Assembly: GCA_963662465.1 (NCBI GenBank)
Contig: OY759599.1
Coordinates: 2,720,001-2,784,000 of the forward strand
DNA from: Desulfatiglandales bacterium
Lineage (GTDB): Bacteria > Desulfobacterota > DSM-4660 > Desulfatiglandales > Desulfatiglandaceae
DNA length: 64,000 nucleotides
Reading direction: 5' to 3'
A model generated the notes under the pieces. That model saw only the letters and a list, made by a program, of their open reading frames with translations, searched no databases and was not told the DNA's origin. This document shows, one piece after another, positions 9,878-22,349 of the stretch. Positions within the stretch are counted from its first letter, which is position 1. Each line of letters starts with the position of its first letter. Position numbers and translations under genes: made by a program.

Positions 9878-12868
9878 ATGCCCGGAAGAAAAGCCCATTC
9901 AAAACAGACCCGAACACCCCACGACCCACCCCCCGTTTCAGACATGCCGATCGAATCGATACCTGACGGCAAAGCGTCATACCCCATTGTCGGACTGGGG
10001 GCATCGGCCGGGGGCCTGGAAGCGTTAAAACTTTTTTTCGCAAAGGTTCCCCAAAACAGCGGTCTGGCCTACATCGTGGTGGTTCACATGACCCCGAAGC
10101 AGCCCAGCATATTGGCCGAGCTGCTGCAGAAGGTGAGCCGTATCCCCATTAAGACGGCCGTGGACGGGGAACCGGTTCAGCCCGATCATGCCTATGTGGC
10201 GCCTCCCGACAAAGAGATCAACCTGTATCAGGGGGCCCTTCAACTGCTGGACTTCCTGAAGAAACGGGATCACCTCTCCATTGACTTTTTTTTCAGGTCC
10301 CTGGCCCGGGACCAGGGGGCCAATGCCTGCGGCATTGTGCTATCGGGCACCGGCACGGACGGCACCCTTGGGCTGAAAGAGATCAAGGAGTTTGATGGAT
10401 TGACCCTGGTTCAGTCCGAAAAAACGGCCGCATACGACGGCATGCCCCGAAGCGCCATTCAATCGGGCATCATCGACATGGTGCTGCCCCCCGAAGAAAT
10501 GCCGGAAAGACTCATCCGTTATTACGAACATCACCCGCTCACCGTCGCGGATGATCCCGTCAAAAAATCAGGTTTCAGGGAAGACACGCACCACCAGCTT
10601 CCCAAGATTTTCGCCCTGCTGAGAAACCATACGGGACACGATTTCTCAGTTTATAAAAAGAACACCATCCTGCGGCGCATTGTCCGCCGCATGAACCTCA
10701 ACAACATCCGGGAACAGGATCAATACATTCGGTTTTTAAGAGAACATCCCCAAGAGGTGGAAACGTTGTTTCGGGAACTCCTCATCGGCGTGACCCATTT
10801 TTTCAGGGATGCGCCCTCCTTTGATGTTCTGCAAAAAGATATCCTCCCCGGTTTGCTGGACCGTTTAGGGGACGGTGAAACCTTTCGTGCCTGGATACCG
10901 GGGTGCTCCACCGGCGAGGAAGTCTATTCCCTGGCCATCATTTTGCGGGAATGCCTGGATGGGTTTTCCAAACGGATCACCCTGCAACTGTTCGGAACCG
11001 ATATTGACCAGTATGCCATCGAAAAAGCCCGCAATGGCCTTTTCCACACCGGCATTGCCGCGGATGTAAGTGCCGATCGGCTGAATCGCTTTTTTATCCG
11101 GGAGGGAGATTCTTTCCGCATCCGAAGGGAGATTCGGGACTGTGTGATATTCTCGGTTCAGGACGTCATCAAGGACCCCCCCTTTTCACGCCTGAACCTG
11201 CTCTGCTGCCGCAATCTCCTGATCTATCTGAACGCCTCCGCCCAGAAAAGGCTCGTGCCGTTGTTTCACTATACCCTGCGGCCGGAGGGTGTTCTGGTGC
11301 TGGGTTCTTCCGAAACCATCGGCGGATTTACCGATCTGTTTGAAAACCTGAACAACAAATGGAAAATCTTTCGCGCAAAAGAGGCGCCGGCAACCCTTCG
11401 GGGTCAGGTGGCGTTTCCCACGGGCCCGGGCGTTGACACCCATGCCATAGCCGTCAATACCGATACGGTGAAGGCGCCCGACATCAACCTGGGAAACATC
11501 ACGAAGAATCTGGTTCTGGAACGGTTTTCACCCTCGGCGGTTCTCATCGACGCCAAAGGGAATATCCTTCACGTGCAGGGGCGGACCGGCAAGTATCTGG
11601 AGGCCACCAGCGGTCCCCCCACCCGGAACGTTCTGGATATGGCCCGGGAGGGGCTGCGCATTGAACTTTCCTCGGCCATCCGCAATGCCGCGGCTCTGCA
11701 AAGAGAGGTTACCCGCGGGGATCTTCACGTGAGGACCAACGGGGACACCCAGATCATCCATCTTCATGTGATCCCCTTGAAACAACCCCCGGAGGTGGCC
11801 GGACAGCTTCTGGTGGTATTTGAAGACGTGGCGGTCGAACCGGAAAGTTCCGACTCGGCCCCAACCCTTTCAGGATCACCGCCCCACAAATCCAAAAACC
11901 GGATCTCTGAGCTGGAAAAAGAGCTGCAATATACCCGTGAGAGCCACCAGACCACCATCGAGGAACTGGAAAGTTCCAATGAAGAACTCAAAAGCACCAA
12001 TGAGGAAATGCAATCCGCCAACGAAGAGCTGCAAAGCACCAACGAAGAACTGGAATCCTCCAAGGAGGAACTCCAGTCCCTGAACGAAGAACTGCATACG
12101 GTGAATTCCGAAATGCAGAACAAAGTGGAAGAACTCTCCGCGGCCCAGGACGACATGCGCAACCTGCTCAACAGCATCGAGATCGCCACCCTGTTCGTGG
12201 ACAATGAAAAACGCATCAAGCGGTTCACCCGGGAAGCCGCCAAAATCATCAACCTGATTCACACGGACATCGGGCGCCCCATCGAGCACGTGGTCTCCAA
12301 CCTGGCATACGACGGCATGATCCGGGATCTCACCCGGGTACTGGAAACCCTGGCCCCCATGGAAACCGAGGTGCGAACCTGGGAAGGGAACTGGTATGCC
12401 ATGCGCATTATGCCCTATCGCACCACCGATAACCGCATTGACGGGGCGGTCCTGACCTTTACGGGCATTGATGACCAGAAACGCGCCCAGGAGATGCTTC
12501 ACACCGACAACATCGACATGGAAACCTTGCTGGAAACCGTTTTTGACGCCAACCCGAAACCCATGATCGTGCTGGACAGCCGGAGAAACGCCGTGATCGC
12601 CAATGCCGCCTTTTACGGCCTGATGGAAAAAACACCCGGCGATATCAAGGGACGCAACCTGTTCACCTTTGAAAATGACCTGTTCAGCCGGACCGACCTG
12701 GAAAAAAAGATTACCGAGGGGTTGGAAAAGAATATGGAATTTACATCCACGCCTTTCGAACTGGACCGGCACGATAAAAAACGCTTGTTCTCCATCCACG
12801 GCCGACCCATGCGGCCGAAATCAGGTTCAACCTATTGCGTCATTCTGCGGTTTGATGAGTTCATTTAA
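9878..12868 (+). CDS. CheB methylesterase-CheR methyltransferase-coiled-coil-PAS fusion
   Basis: CheB triad motifs GASAGG, VVHM, SGTGTDG; CheR IGVTHFFRD, PGCSTGEE, CRNLLIY; heptad repeats ELESSNEELKSTNEEMQSANEELQSTNEEL; C-terminal PAS domains. Confidence 0.93.
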   Translation: MPGRKAHSKQTRTPHDPPPVSDMPIESIPDGKASYPIVGLGASAGGLEALKLFFAKVPQNSGLAYIVVVHMTPKQPSILAELLQKVSRIPIKTAVDGEPVQPDHAYVAPPDKEINLYQGALQLLDFLKKRDHLSIDFFFRSLARDQGANACGIVLSGTGTDGTLGLKEIKEFDGLTLVQSEKTAAYDGMPRSAIQSGIIDMVLPPEEMPERLIRYYEHHPLTVADDPVKKSGFREDTHHQLPKIFALLRNHTGHDFSVYKKNTILRRIVRRMNLNNIREQDQYIRFLREHPQEVETLFRELLIGVTHFFRDAPSFDVLQKDILPGLLDRLGDGETFRAWIPGCSTGEEVYSLAIILRECLDGFSKRITLQLFGTDIDQYAIEKARNGLFHTGIAADVSADRLNRFFIREGDSFRIRREIRDCVIFSVQDVIKDPPFSRLNLLCCRNLLIYLNASAQKRLVPLFHYTLRPEGVLVLGSSETIGGFTDLFENLNNKWKIFRAKEAPATLRGQVAFPTGPGVDTHAIAVNTDTVKAPDINLGNITKNLVLERFSPSAVLIDAKGNILHVQGRTGKYLEATSGPPTRNVLDMAREGLRIELSSAIRNAAALQREVTRGDLHVRTNGDTQIIHLHVIPLKQPPEVAGQLLVVFEDVAVEPESSDSAPTLSGSPPHKSKNRISELEKELQYTRESHQTTIEELESSNEELKSTNEEMQSANEELQSTNEELESSKEELQSLNEELHTVNSEMQNKVEELSAAQDDMRNLLNSIEIATLFVDNEKRIKRFTREAAKIINLIHTDIGRPIEHVVSNLAYDGMIRDLTRVLETLAPMETEVRTWEGNWYAMRIMPYRTTDNRIDGAVLTFTGIDDQKRAQEMLHTDNIDMETLLETVFDANPKPMIVLDSRRNAVIANAAFYGLMEKTPGDIKGRNLFTFENDLFSRTDLEKKITEGLEKNMEFTSTPFELDRHDKKRLFSIHGRPMRPKSGSTYCVILRFDEFI

Positions 12869-12882
12869 AAACGGAGGCAACC

Positions 12883-14614
<1,732 letters not shown>

Positions 14615-14641
14615 GGTTTTGTATCAAAGGAGTCAAGGATC

Positions 14642-15436
14642 ATGCGAATAAACACCAACGGCATACAAATCAATTGCGCACTATCAGGGGAAAAAGACGC
14701 AGCGGTAGTGGTACTGAGCCACTCTTTGGGCTCGGGCATGAACATGTGGGATACTCAGCTTGACGCTTTGGAACCCCATTACCGGGTTTTACGATATGAC
14801 ATGCGCGGCCACGGCGAAAGTGACGCGCCGGAAGGCGCATACACCCTGGAACAACTGGCGGCCGATGTGGTGGGGTTGCTTGACGCACTGGAAATTGACG
14901 CCGTTCATTTCGTCGGCTTGTCCATCGGCGGCATGATCGGCCAATGTCTGGGGCTCAATTACGCCGACCGTTTAACCAGCCTGGTGTTATGCTCTACCGC
15001 GGCCGTTATTCCCAAAGAAGCCAAACCGATGTTCGAAGAACGCAAACAAATTGCCCGTCAAAAAGGGATGTCGGCATTGGTTGACGGCGCCATGGAGCGC
15101 TGGTTTACCTTGCCCTATCTCAACACAAATCCACCCGCAGTAGACCTGATTCGCAAACAATTTCCGGCAACACCGGTGGCGGGTTTTATCGGATGCAGTG
15201 AAGCCATCCTGGGCCTTGATTACCTGGATCGGCTTTCCGAAATCAAACTCCCCACCTTAATCATGGTTGGAGAGGAGGATCAGGGGACGCCGGTGGCCGC
15301 ATCCGAAGCCATTCATGCCGGCATTCCCAACTCCCAATTGGAAGTGCTGCCCTCTGCCGCACATCTTTCCAACATCGAACAGGCCAGTGCGTTTAATGCC
15401 GGGCTGTTGCGCTTTTTAAAAAACAATAGCTTATGA
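14642..15436 (+). CDS. pcaD: 3-oxoadipate enol-lactonase-like alpha/beta hydrolase
   Basis: LSHSLG, RYDMRGHG, nucleophile GLSIGG, GEEDQGTP, AAHLSNIEQ. Confidence 0.8.
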   Translation: MRINTNGIQINCALSGEKDAAVVVLSHSLGSGMNMWDTQLDALEPHYRVLRYDMRGHGESDAPEGAYTLEQLAADVVGLLDALEIDAVHFVGLSIGGMIGQCLGLNYADRLTSLVLCSTAAVIPKEAKPMFEERKQIARQKGMSALVDGAMERWFTLPYLNTNPPAVDLIRKQFPATPVAGFIGCSEAILGLDYLDRLSEIKLPTLIMVGEEDQGTPVAASEAIHAGIPNSQLEVLPSAAHLSNIEQASAFNAGLLRFLKNNSL

Positions 15437-15492
15437 TGACCACTGCGGCGCATAGCCGCGGTTTTTGGTTTTGGGTATTAAGTTTTAAGTGA

Positions 15493-15520
15493 GTAGAGAC
15501 AAGGCATGCCTTGTCTCTAC
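15493..15520. repeat. REP-like perfect palindrome
   Basis: GTAGAGACAAGGCATGCCTTGTCTCTAC, 28-bp perfect palindrome with GTAG ends. Confidence 0.8.
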
Positions 15521-15559
15521 AGCCTCGACCATCGCGGCCAGACATCGCTCACACAGCGC

Positions 15560-15605
15560 CATTTTCATCTGCGGGGGTGGCGAACCCCTTGTCATGAGGG
15601 TCTAC
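15560..15605 (+). repeat. Intergenic repeat family B, copy 1
   Basis: CATTTTCAT..GCGGGG...CATGAGGGT.TAC matches the reverse complement of 33476-33522. Confidence 0.65.
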
Positions 15606-16118
15606 GTGAAAAAAGAAGTTCAAGAAATCGTCGCGGCACTAAACAACGCCAATGTCAGATATGTGGTGGCCGGGGGGTTGGCAGTGGTTGCACATGGCTA
15701 TCTCCGTTTAACCATGGATATTGATTTGGTGATAGATCTGGAACGTGACAATTTGCTTCGCGGCTTGACCGCGCTGGAAGCGGTCGGTTACAAACCCCGG
15801 CTTCCAGTGACAAACAAACAGTTTGCAAATGCTAAAACACGCGAAAGCTGGATTAGAGATAAAAATATGATGGTGTTCCCACTTTGGAATCCATCCGATA
15901 TAAACGGGATAGTAATTGATGTATTTGCGAAGTGTCCCTTCGATTTCGCGGATGAATACGCGAACGCGAAGTGGATGGAAATTGATGGTGGACCGCGAGT
16001 TCCTTTTGTTGGGCTGGACTGCCTTTTGAGGATGAAGGAAATAGCAGCGCGTCCAAAAGATTTGGTTGACATCGAATATCTCGAAAGGGCTCGAAATGAA
16101 AAGTCGACGGAAGGGTGA
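15606..16118 (+). CDS. Nucleotidyltransferase-fold protein (DUF6036/AbiEii-like)
   Basis: YVVAGGLAVVAHGYLRLTMDIDL and C-terminal MKEIAARPKDLVDIEYL; start GTG 15606 or ATG 15594. Confidence 0.8.
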   Translation: MKKEVQEIVAALNNANVRYVVAGGLAVVAHGYLRLTMDIDLVIDLERDNLLRGLTALEAVGYKPRLPVTNKQFANAKTRESWIRDKNMMVFPLWNPSDINGIVIDVFAKCPFDFADEYANAKWMEIDGGPRVPFVGLDCLLRMKEIAARPKDLVDIEYLERARNEKSTEG

Positions 16119-16302
16119 AGATCCCTGGCAGTATGCGACATATGAGGGCGTTGAACGCTTGCAGTCTCTGCAAACTGCAAAGATGACGCTTTCTGAACGG
16201 CTTCAGGCTCTGGATGACATGATTCGTCTTGCCAGGGGGCTTCACGAACATGGTTCTAACTTGAAAAGAGTAAAGGAAATAAATGAAACAGGCGAATCAT
16301 AA
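16096..16302 (+). CDS. Small partner protein of the nucleotidyltransferase (antitoxin-like)
   Basis: 68 aa, overlaps the upstream stop; W..ATYEG...Q......TLSERLQAL..M pattern. Confidence 0.55.
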   Translation: MKSRRKGEDPWQYATYEGVERLQSLQTAKMTLSERLQALDDMIRLARGLHEHGSNLKRVKEINETGES

Positions 16303-16320
16303 ACGGGTAAGGAAATCCAT

Positions 16321-16704
16321 ATGCTGAAAATATTCCTGATCATGGCGGGGGGCGGCCTGGGCGCCCTCTGTCGCTACGGACTGGGACTCGCGGGCGGCCG
16401 GTTTATCGGCGTGGGATTCCCCTGGGGAACCCTTGCGGCCAACATGATCGGCTGTTTTCTGATCGGTGCGGCTTTCGGCCTGGCGGGAAAAGCGAGCTGG
16501 TTCGGTCCTGAGTTTCGATTGTTTTTCATGACCGGTTTTCTGGGAGCGCTCACCACCTTCTCCACCTATGCCCTGGAATCGGTCAACTATCTCCGAAACG
16601 ACAGCCATGTAGCCCTGACCAATTTTCTGGTGAACAATATAGGCGGCGGCCTGCTGGTGGTGACGGGCATGTGGCTGGTGCAGGCCACGCTTGAAGGGAG
16701 GTAG
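16321..16704 (+). CDS. crcB: Fluoride efflux channel FluC/CrcB
   Basis: GGGLGALCRY, FPWGTLAAN, TGFLGALTTFST; four hydrophobic segments. Confidence 0.95.
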   Translation: MLKIFLIMAGGGLGALCRYGLGLAGGRFIGVGFPWGTLAANMIGCFLIGAAFGLAGKASWFGPEFRLFFMTGFLGALTTFSTYALESVNYLRNDSHVALTNFLVNNIGGGLLVVTGMWLVQATLEGR

Positions 16705-16707
16705 GTT

Positions 16708-18021
16708 TTGGCACGACCATACTGCGTCATAGAGATTTACACCAACGAAGGGGCACGGTGTCATGGGCAAGACATTCCGGAAGCCGTCATCAATTACGTT
16801 CGCAAATTGAAAACATCCGCACGCTGCGCTGTTTTCAAGGGGATCGAGGGATGCTATGAAAACGGAGAAGTATCCACCCGGAAAATCATGGATCTGTCCC
16901 TCAATCAACCCGTTAAAATTGAGATTGTCCTGCCCGCCATGGAAGCCACCACCATAATGGCGGACCTTCAGAACATCGTGTGCGAGGGAATTCTGGGCAC
17001 CCGCGAGCTGCTCGTGATTTCCCATCGAACCCGAAAACGCTTGTTTCCGCCCCAAACCCGGGTGAAAGACGTTATGACCGTGAAACCGGAAACCGTGGCT
17101 CTCCATGAATCAGCGGATCGGGTCATGAAAACCCTGCTTTCCACCAATTTCACGGGCGTGCCCGTGGTGGATCCGGAAAACCGACCGGTGGGCGTCATCT
17201 CCCAAAGCGATCTCATATACCGCGCCGGCATGCCCGTAAGACTGGCGCTCATGGAACACTCCGACCCTGAAAAAGTGAAAGCCGTGATGGCGGAGTTGTC
17301 CACAAAAATCGCCGGGGACATCATGACAAAGCCGGCCATCATCGTTCAGGAATCTGCTCTGCTGACCCATGCCGTTGACACGATGCTGAAAAAAAAGGTG
17401 AAACGCCTGCCCGTGGTGGATGAGGCGGGCTTTTTAACAGGCATTGTCTCCCGGCTGGACATTTTTCAAACCGTTACCCGGACCGCGCCCGATTGGGAAC
17501 GAATGCAAAAGAATGACGTTCATGTGGGAGATATTCGATACGTCGATGAAATCATGCGACGGGACGTACAAAGGGTGGGACCTGATACGCCGGTAAGTGA
17601 AGTCTTAGGCATCATCGACAGCGACGATATTCAACGGGTGGTGGTCGTCGATCGGGATGGCCGTCTCATGGGCCTTATCTCGGATCGAAACCTCTTGTCG
17701 GCCTTTTCGGACGAGGCGCCGGGCATATGGGAAGTATTGTCCCGGCTGACCCCGTTTGCCACAAAATCAAAGCATGCCGGAAAAATCCGCCACAAACTGG
17801 AAAATCAACCGGCCCGGACCATCATGGAAACCGACATCATCACCATACGGGAGAAAGCCGGTATCGAAGAGGCCATTTCCATCATGACCGACCGCGGTAT
17901 CAAAAGGCTGCCGGTGGTAAATGATATGCATATTTTCAAGGGGATGATCAGTCGTGCGGATCTTCTCAAGGAAGGGTTTTCCGCCATGAAGGATTTAACG
18001 CTCACAAATGACTCCCTTTAA
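16708..18021 (+). CDS. DUF190 (PII-like) domain fused to four CBS domains
   Basis: IEIYTNE...VFKGIEG...[13 protein letters not shown], then repeated VKDVMT/PVVD/GIVSR.D CBS motifs; TTG start with GGAGG RBS. Confidence 0.85.
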   Translation: MARPYCVIEIYTNEGARCHGQDIPEAVINYVRKLKTSARCAVFKGIEGCYENGEVSTRKIMDLSLNQPVKIEIVLPAMEATTIMADLQNIVCEGILGTRELLVISHRTRKRLFPPQTRVKDVMTVKPETVALHESADRVMKTLLSTNFTGVPVVDPENRPVGVISQSDLIYRAGMPVRLALMEHSDPEKVKAVMAELSTKIAGDIMTKPAIIVQESALLTHAVDTMLKKKVKRLPVVDEAGFLTGIVSRLDIFQTVTRTAPDWERMQKNDVHVGDIRYVDEIMRRDVQRVGPDTPVSEVLGIIDSDDIQRVVVVDRDGRLMGLISDRNLLSAFSDEAPGIWEVLSRLTPFATKSKHAGKIRHKLENQPARTIMETDIITIREKAGIEEAISIMTDRGIKRLPVVNDMHIFKGMISRADLLKEGFSAMKDLTLTNDSL

Positions 18022-21000
18022 AGACCGAATGAAAATTTTCTTATTATCCTTTATTGGGTTAACCTTTTTCAGTCTGAGTGTTCCCCTGACGCTTTCAGCT
18101 GACGAGAAAAAGGACGGCCTGACCGATGTGGTCGTGGTAAGCGATCGGGAAGATCATTATGATATATCAAAAAAAATCCGTTATTATGCGGATAACAAAG
18201 GAAACGTCACCTTAAACGACATCTTAACCCATCCTGAACCATTTCATTTCAGCCCCGCAAAAAATCTTGGAAAAAAAATAGGGCATTCCCATGACGTTTA
18301 CTGGTTTAAATTTGCCTTGGAAAATAAAACCCACTTGACAAATGTCATCATCGAATTTGTATTCGGCGGACTATATAACCTTGAACTGTATGTCCCGGAT
18401 GGGGATGGCGGCTATATTGCCAAAACAATATCATTCCTTGACCGGATGGACCAAAGAGAGATTCCTTACCGAAATTATGCCCTGTCAATACCGTTAAACG
18501 GCATGTTTCACACCCCCCGGGAGATCTATTTCAAGGTATCCGCTGAAAATAAAATTGTACTGGATTTCCATATCTGGAAAGAGAATGCATTCAAAATCAA
18601 GCGGTATCGGGAACTGTCGTTCTGGAGCTGTTATTACGGCATTATTCTGGCGATGATTGTTTACAATTTAATGATCTTTATTTTTTTAAAAGACATCAGT
18701 TATCTGCTGTATGGGGTATATGCTGCCTGCTTCGCCCTGTATTTGAGTACAACCAACGGCATTGGCAATGAATTTATCTGGCCCTTTGCAGGGGGACATT
18801 TCAACAGAATGCAGGCGCCGCTCACAAGCGCCTGTACCTATTTTTCCGTCCTGTTGTTCATGAAGTATTTCCTGGATATTCACCATAAAACCAATGGAAA
18901 GCTCAATCGGTTTATCTACCTGCTTCTCATTGTTCCTTCCATTCAGGTGATGGTTGCCGTTCTTGGAAAAGATGCGAATACCGCCTACACCTATGGGAAT
19001 TTCGTAACCGTGGCAATCCTGCTCCCGGCCATCACCTTTATCGCCATCGCGAGGCTGAAAAACGGGTATAAGCCCGCCCTTTACTTTATCATCGCGGTTG
19101 CGGTCGTCATCATAGGGCAGTTCCTCTTTTCCGCTACGGAACTGGATCTGCTCCCTCAAAACATCGTAACCCTCAATACCAATAGAATCGGCGCACTGCT
19201 TGAAATCATGTTATACGCCATCGCCCTTGCACACCGCATCGACATCATCAGGAAAGAAAAGGACCGCTATCAGGCCGAGGCCATAAAACAGCGGGACCTG
19301 GACAATATCAAGCTTGAAAGGCTTGTGGCGGAAAGAACCCAAAATCTGGCCGCCGCAAAAGCGGAAGCCGAGCAGGCCTCCCAGACCAAATCAGCATTCC
19401 TGGCGAACGTGAGCCACGAAATCAGAACGCCCCTCAACGGGATCATCGGGATGACCTATCTGACCTTACAAACAGACCTGAACCCGGAACAGCGAAATTT
19501 TACCAAAATGATCGAATCCGCTTCCCAGTCTCTGCTTGAAATCATCAATGACCTTTTGGATTTTTCTAAAGTCGAAGCCGGAAAATTGACCCTTGAAACC
19601 ATCGATTTTAATCTGGCGGAAGTCGTTGATCAGGTGGTAAACTTCATGGAGTTGAAGGCCCACGAAAAGGGATTGGAATTCATTGTGTCATACGAGTCCG
19701 ACATCCATATGAATCTTCATGGAGATCCGCTCAGGATCAGTCAAATCATCACAAACCTCCTCAATAACGCCGTCAAATTCACCGATAAGGGCGAGATCGG
19801 CCTTTATGTCTCAAAGCCGCAAAACAGCCGATATCGCTTTGAGATTCGGGATACCGGAATTGGCCTTACGGCGCAACAAATCGGTCAATTGTTTCAATCT
19901 TTCTCCCAGGCCGATGCCGGCACAACACGAAAATATGGCGGAACAGGCCTTGGTCTTGCGATTTCCAAACAGCTTGTGGAACTGATGAACGGGCGAATAT
20001 GGGTTGAAAGTGAATTGGGGAAAGGGAGTGTTTTCATTTTTGAAATTGAACTGCCGGAACCGGAAAATGCCCCCCCGGCATTGCACGATGCCCTTCCGGA
20101 GGTTTTCCAGGAAAAAACTGACCCTGCCGATCAAAAACAAACCCGTGACGACGAACTGAAATCACGGCTGACCACACTGGCGGGTTCTCATCTCCTGTTG
20201 GCGGAAGACAATGAAATGAGTCGGGAAATTATCCATTCCCTCCTGAAAGGATCGGCCATAAATATTGATGATGCCCGAAATGGAAAGGAGGCCATTGCTC
20301 TTTTTAACGCCAACCCCGGGAAATATGATCTCATTTTGATGGATATTCATATGCCCCGTATGGATGGCCATGATGCGACCCGGCAAATCAGAAAAACGGA
20401 TTCCCGGATACCAATCATCGCCTTGACGGCCAATGCCATGCGGGAGGATGTGGAAAAAAGCAATGCCGCCGGCATGAATGACCATATCAGCAAACCCATT
20501 GATGTGAATGTGCTTTATTTTGACCTTTTAAAGTATATTCACCCCAAAAAAGAATATGAAAAATTGCAGCAATCCACACGTCCCTTGCAAATCCCCGATC
20601 TGATTAATGCGGACACCCATAAGGCCCTCTCTTTCATGGGCAATGACCAAGACTTCTATATTGAAATGCTGCGCTCGTTCATCGCCAATTACAAAAACAG
20701 CGATGAAAAGCTCCGCCGTCTCCTGAGCGCCCAGCAATTTGAGGAGGCTGAGCGCTTCCTTCACACCCTGAAAGGATTGGCCGGAACCATTGGGGCCGAC
20801 GGCCTTTTCAAGACAACGCAAATTTTCGAAAAGGATCTTTCATCTGAAAATCTATCAATTTTCAAAACGACCCTGGATGCGCTCATTCATGAACTTGAAA
20901 CGACCGATTTCATCTTTTCGCGGCATAGCTCGGGCCCTTGTGGGAATGTTCCCTTCGAAGCCTCCAGGCTACACGATTTTTACGCAAACCTGAAAATCGC

Positions 21001-21163
21001 TTTGCTAGAGAAGCGGCCTCATCTCTGTCAAATTTACCTGGATGAAATCAACAGAATCAATCTTCCTGAAAAAGAGATAAAATTTTATGACGCTTTAAAG
21101 AAGTTGATTTCACAATGTCGTTACGACGCCGCGGTTTCTTTGCTGAATGAGAAAGAATTTTGA
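18008..21163 (+). CDS. 7TM-DISM hybrid sensor kinase (extracellular DISM, 7TM, HisKA, HATPase, REC, HPt)
   Basis: YWFKF extracellular domain, [14 protein letters not shown] block, [52 protein letters not shown]. Confidence 0.92.
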   Translation: MTPFKDRMKIFLLSFIGLTFFSLSVPLTLSADEKKDGLTDVVVVSDREDHYDISKKIRYYADNKGNVTLNDILTHPEPFHFSPAKNLGKKIGHSHDVYWFKFALENKTHLTNVIIEFVFGGLYNLELYVPDGDGGYIAKTISFLDRMDQREIPYRNYALSIPLNGMFHTPREIYFKVSAENKIVLDFHIWKENAFKIKRYRELSFWSCYYGIILAMIVYNLMIFIFLKDISYLLYGVYAACFALYLSTTNGIGNEFIWPFAGGHFNRMQAPLTSACTYFSVLLFMKYFLDIHHKTNGKLNRFIYLLLIVPSIQVMVAVLGKDANTAYTYGNFVTVAILLPAITFIAIARLKNGYKPALYFIIAVAVVIIGQFLFSATELDLLPQNIVTLNTNRIGALLEIMLYAIALAHRIDIIRKEKDRYQAEAIKQRDLDNIKLERLVAERTQNLAAAKAEAEQASQTKSAFLANVSHEIRTPLNGIIGMTYLTLQTDLNPEQRNFTKMIESASQSLLEIINDLLDFSKVEAGKLTLETIDFNLAEVVDQVVNFMELKAHEKGLEFIVSYESDIHMNLHGDPLRISQIITNLLNNAVKFTDKGEIGLYVSKPQNSRYRFEIRDTGIGLTAQQIGQLFQSFSQADAGTTRKYGGTGLGLAISKQLVELMNGRIWVESELGKGSVFIFEIELPEPENAPPALHDALPEVFQEKTDPADQKQTRDDELKSRLTTLAGSHLLLAEDNEMSREIIHSLLKGSAINIDDARNGKEAIALFNANPGKYDLILMDIHMPRMDGHDATRQIRKTDSRIPIIALTANAMREDVEKSNAAGMNDHISKPIDVNVLYFDLLKYIHPKKEYEKLQQSTRPLQIPDLINADTHKALSFMGNDQDFYIEMLRSFIANYKNSDEKLRRLLSAQQFEEAERFLHTLKGLAGTIGADGLFKTTQIFEKDLSSENLSIFKTTLDALIHELETTDFIFSRHSSGPCGNVPFEASRLHDFYANLKIALLEKRPHLCQIYLDEINRINLPEKEIKFYDALKKLISQCRYDAAVSLLNEKEF

Positions 21164-21175
21164 GGAGTTGGGAAT

Positions 21176-22273
21176 ATGAGCAAACAGGACCGCAAATCAC
21201 GGGGACGCACCCGCAACGAAGCCATGTTTCCCACGCCAATGGGAAAGAATAGCCTGCCCGCAAATTACGGGTCTGTACTCGACACCCTGAAAGACCGAAT
21301 TCGGTCGGAGCGACTGCGGGTTACTCTGGCGGCCAACTCCGCCATGGTACTTCTCTACTGGGACATGGGCAACTCGATTTTAGAACGTCAGCGACAGCAG
21401 GGATGGGGGGCCAGGGTGATCGATCGGCTTTCTCACGATCTGACAACTGCGTTTCCAGATATGAGCGGCCTGTCCCCCCGCAATCTCAAATACATGCGCA
21501 AGTTTGCCGAACTCTGGCCGAACCGGCAAATTGTGCAAGAGGCGCTTGCACAAATCACCTGGTATCACAACCTGGCGCTCATGGAAAAATGCTCCGGTCC
21601 CGAAGCCCGCCTGTGGTACGCGCAACAGGTGATCGAAAACGGCTGGAGCCGGAATGTGCTCGTTGTACAAATCGAATCAAAACTGTTTCAACGGCAAGGC
21701 AAGGCAGTACATAACTTCGACCTCACCCTGCCGCCCCACGATTCCGACATGGCCGCTCAGGTCTTCAAGGACCCCTATCTCTTCGATTTTCTCGGGACCG
21801 CCGATCCCCGCAGGGAGCGTGAGGTAGAGCAGGCGCTGGTGAATCACATCCAACGCTTTCTTCTGGAAATGGGTGCCGGTTTTGCCTTTGTCGGCCGCCA
21901 GGTTCATCTGGAGGTGGGCGACCAGGACTTTTATCTTGACTTGCTCTTCTACCATTTGAAACTGCGTCGCTATGTGGTGATCGAACTGAAAGCCGTACCC
22001 TTCGACCCTGCTTTCGTGGGAAAACTGAACCTCTACCTCTCCGCCGTGGACGACCTGCTGCGCCACCCCGACGATCAGCCGACCATCGGCCTGCTGCTCT
22101 GCAAAAGCAAAAAACAACTGATCGTGGAATATGCCCTGCGAGGGTTCAATCAACCCATGGGTGTCGCCGAATGGGAAACCCAACTGACGGAAAGCCTGCC
22201 CGATGAACTCAAAGGCAGCCTCCCGACCATTGAAGAAATCGAGGCCGAACTGGCCGGAAAGGAGGAGACGTGA
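21176..22273 (+). CDS. DUF1016/YhcG family PD-(D/E)XK nuclease domain protein
   Basis: LYWDMG, LSPRNLKYMRKFA, KDPYLFDFL, FLLEMG.GFAFVGRQ, DLLFYH...VIELK. Confidence 0.92.
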   Translation: MSKQDRKSRGRTRNEAMFPTPMGKNSLPANYGSVLDTLKDRIRSERLRVTLAANSAMVLLYWDMGNSILERQRQQGWGARVIDRLSHDLTTAFPDMSGLSPRNLKYMRKFAELWPNRQIVQEALAQITWYHNLALMEKCSGPEARLWYAQQVIENGWSRNVLVVQIESKLFQRQGKAVHNFDLTLPPHDSDMAAQVFKDPYLFDFLGTADPRREREVEQALVNHIQRFLLEMGAGFAFVGRQVHLEVGDQDFYLDLLFYHLKLRRYVVIELKAVPFDPAFVGKLNLYLSAVDDLLRHPDDQPTIGLLLCKSKKQLIVEYALRGFNQPMGVAEWETQLTESLPDELKGSLPTIEEIEAELAGKEET

Positions 22274-22349
22274 AAGTTCAGTAACTTGATGTGATTGTTG
22301 AGGCGACATTAAATATGGGTTTGAAGGAGCCAAAAAGAGGAGGTGTAAT

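Noticed and set aside
11950..12110. 21-bp periodic DNA repeat
   Set aside because: Explained by the coiled-coil heptads of the CheB/CheR fusion
11764..12799. Long antisense ORFs (also 1487-2320, 8278-9213, 24822-25766, 27382-28170, 55082-55909)
   Set aside because: Shadows of well-supported genes on the opposite strand, with no motifs of their own
15437..16320. Fluoride riboswitch upstream of crcB
   Set aside because: No recognisable consensus; only 18 bp separate crcB from the upstream ORF. An Rfam scan would settle it
21176..22273. DUF1016 gene as part of a prophage or restriction-modification island
   Set aside because: No integrase, methylase or phage genes nearby; it appears as a solitary accessory gene
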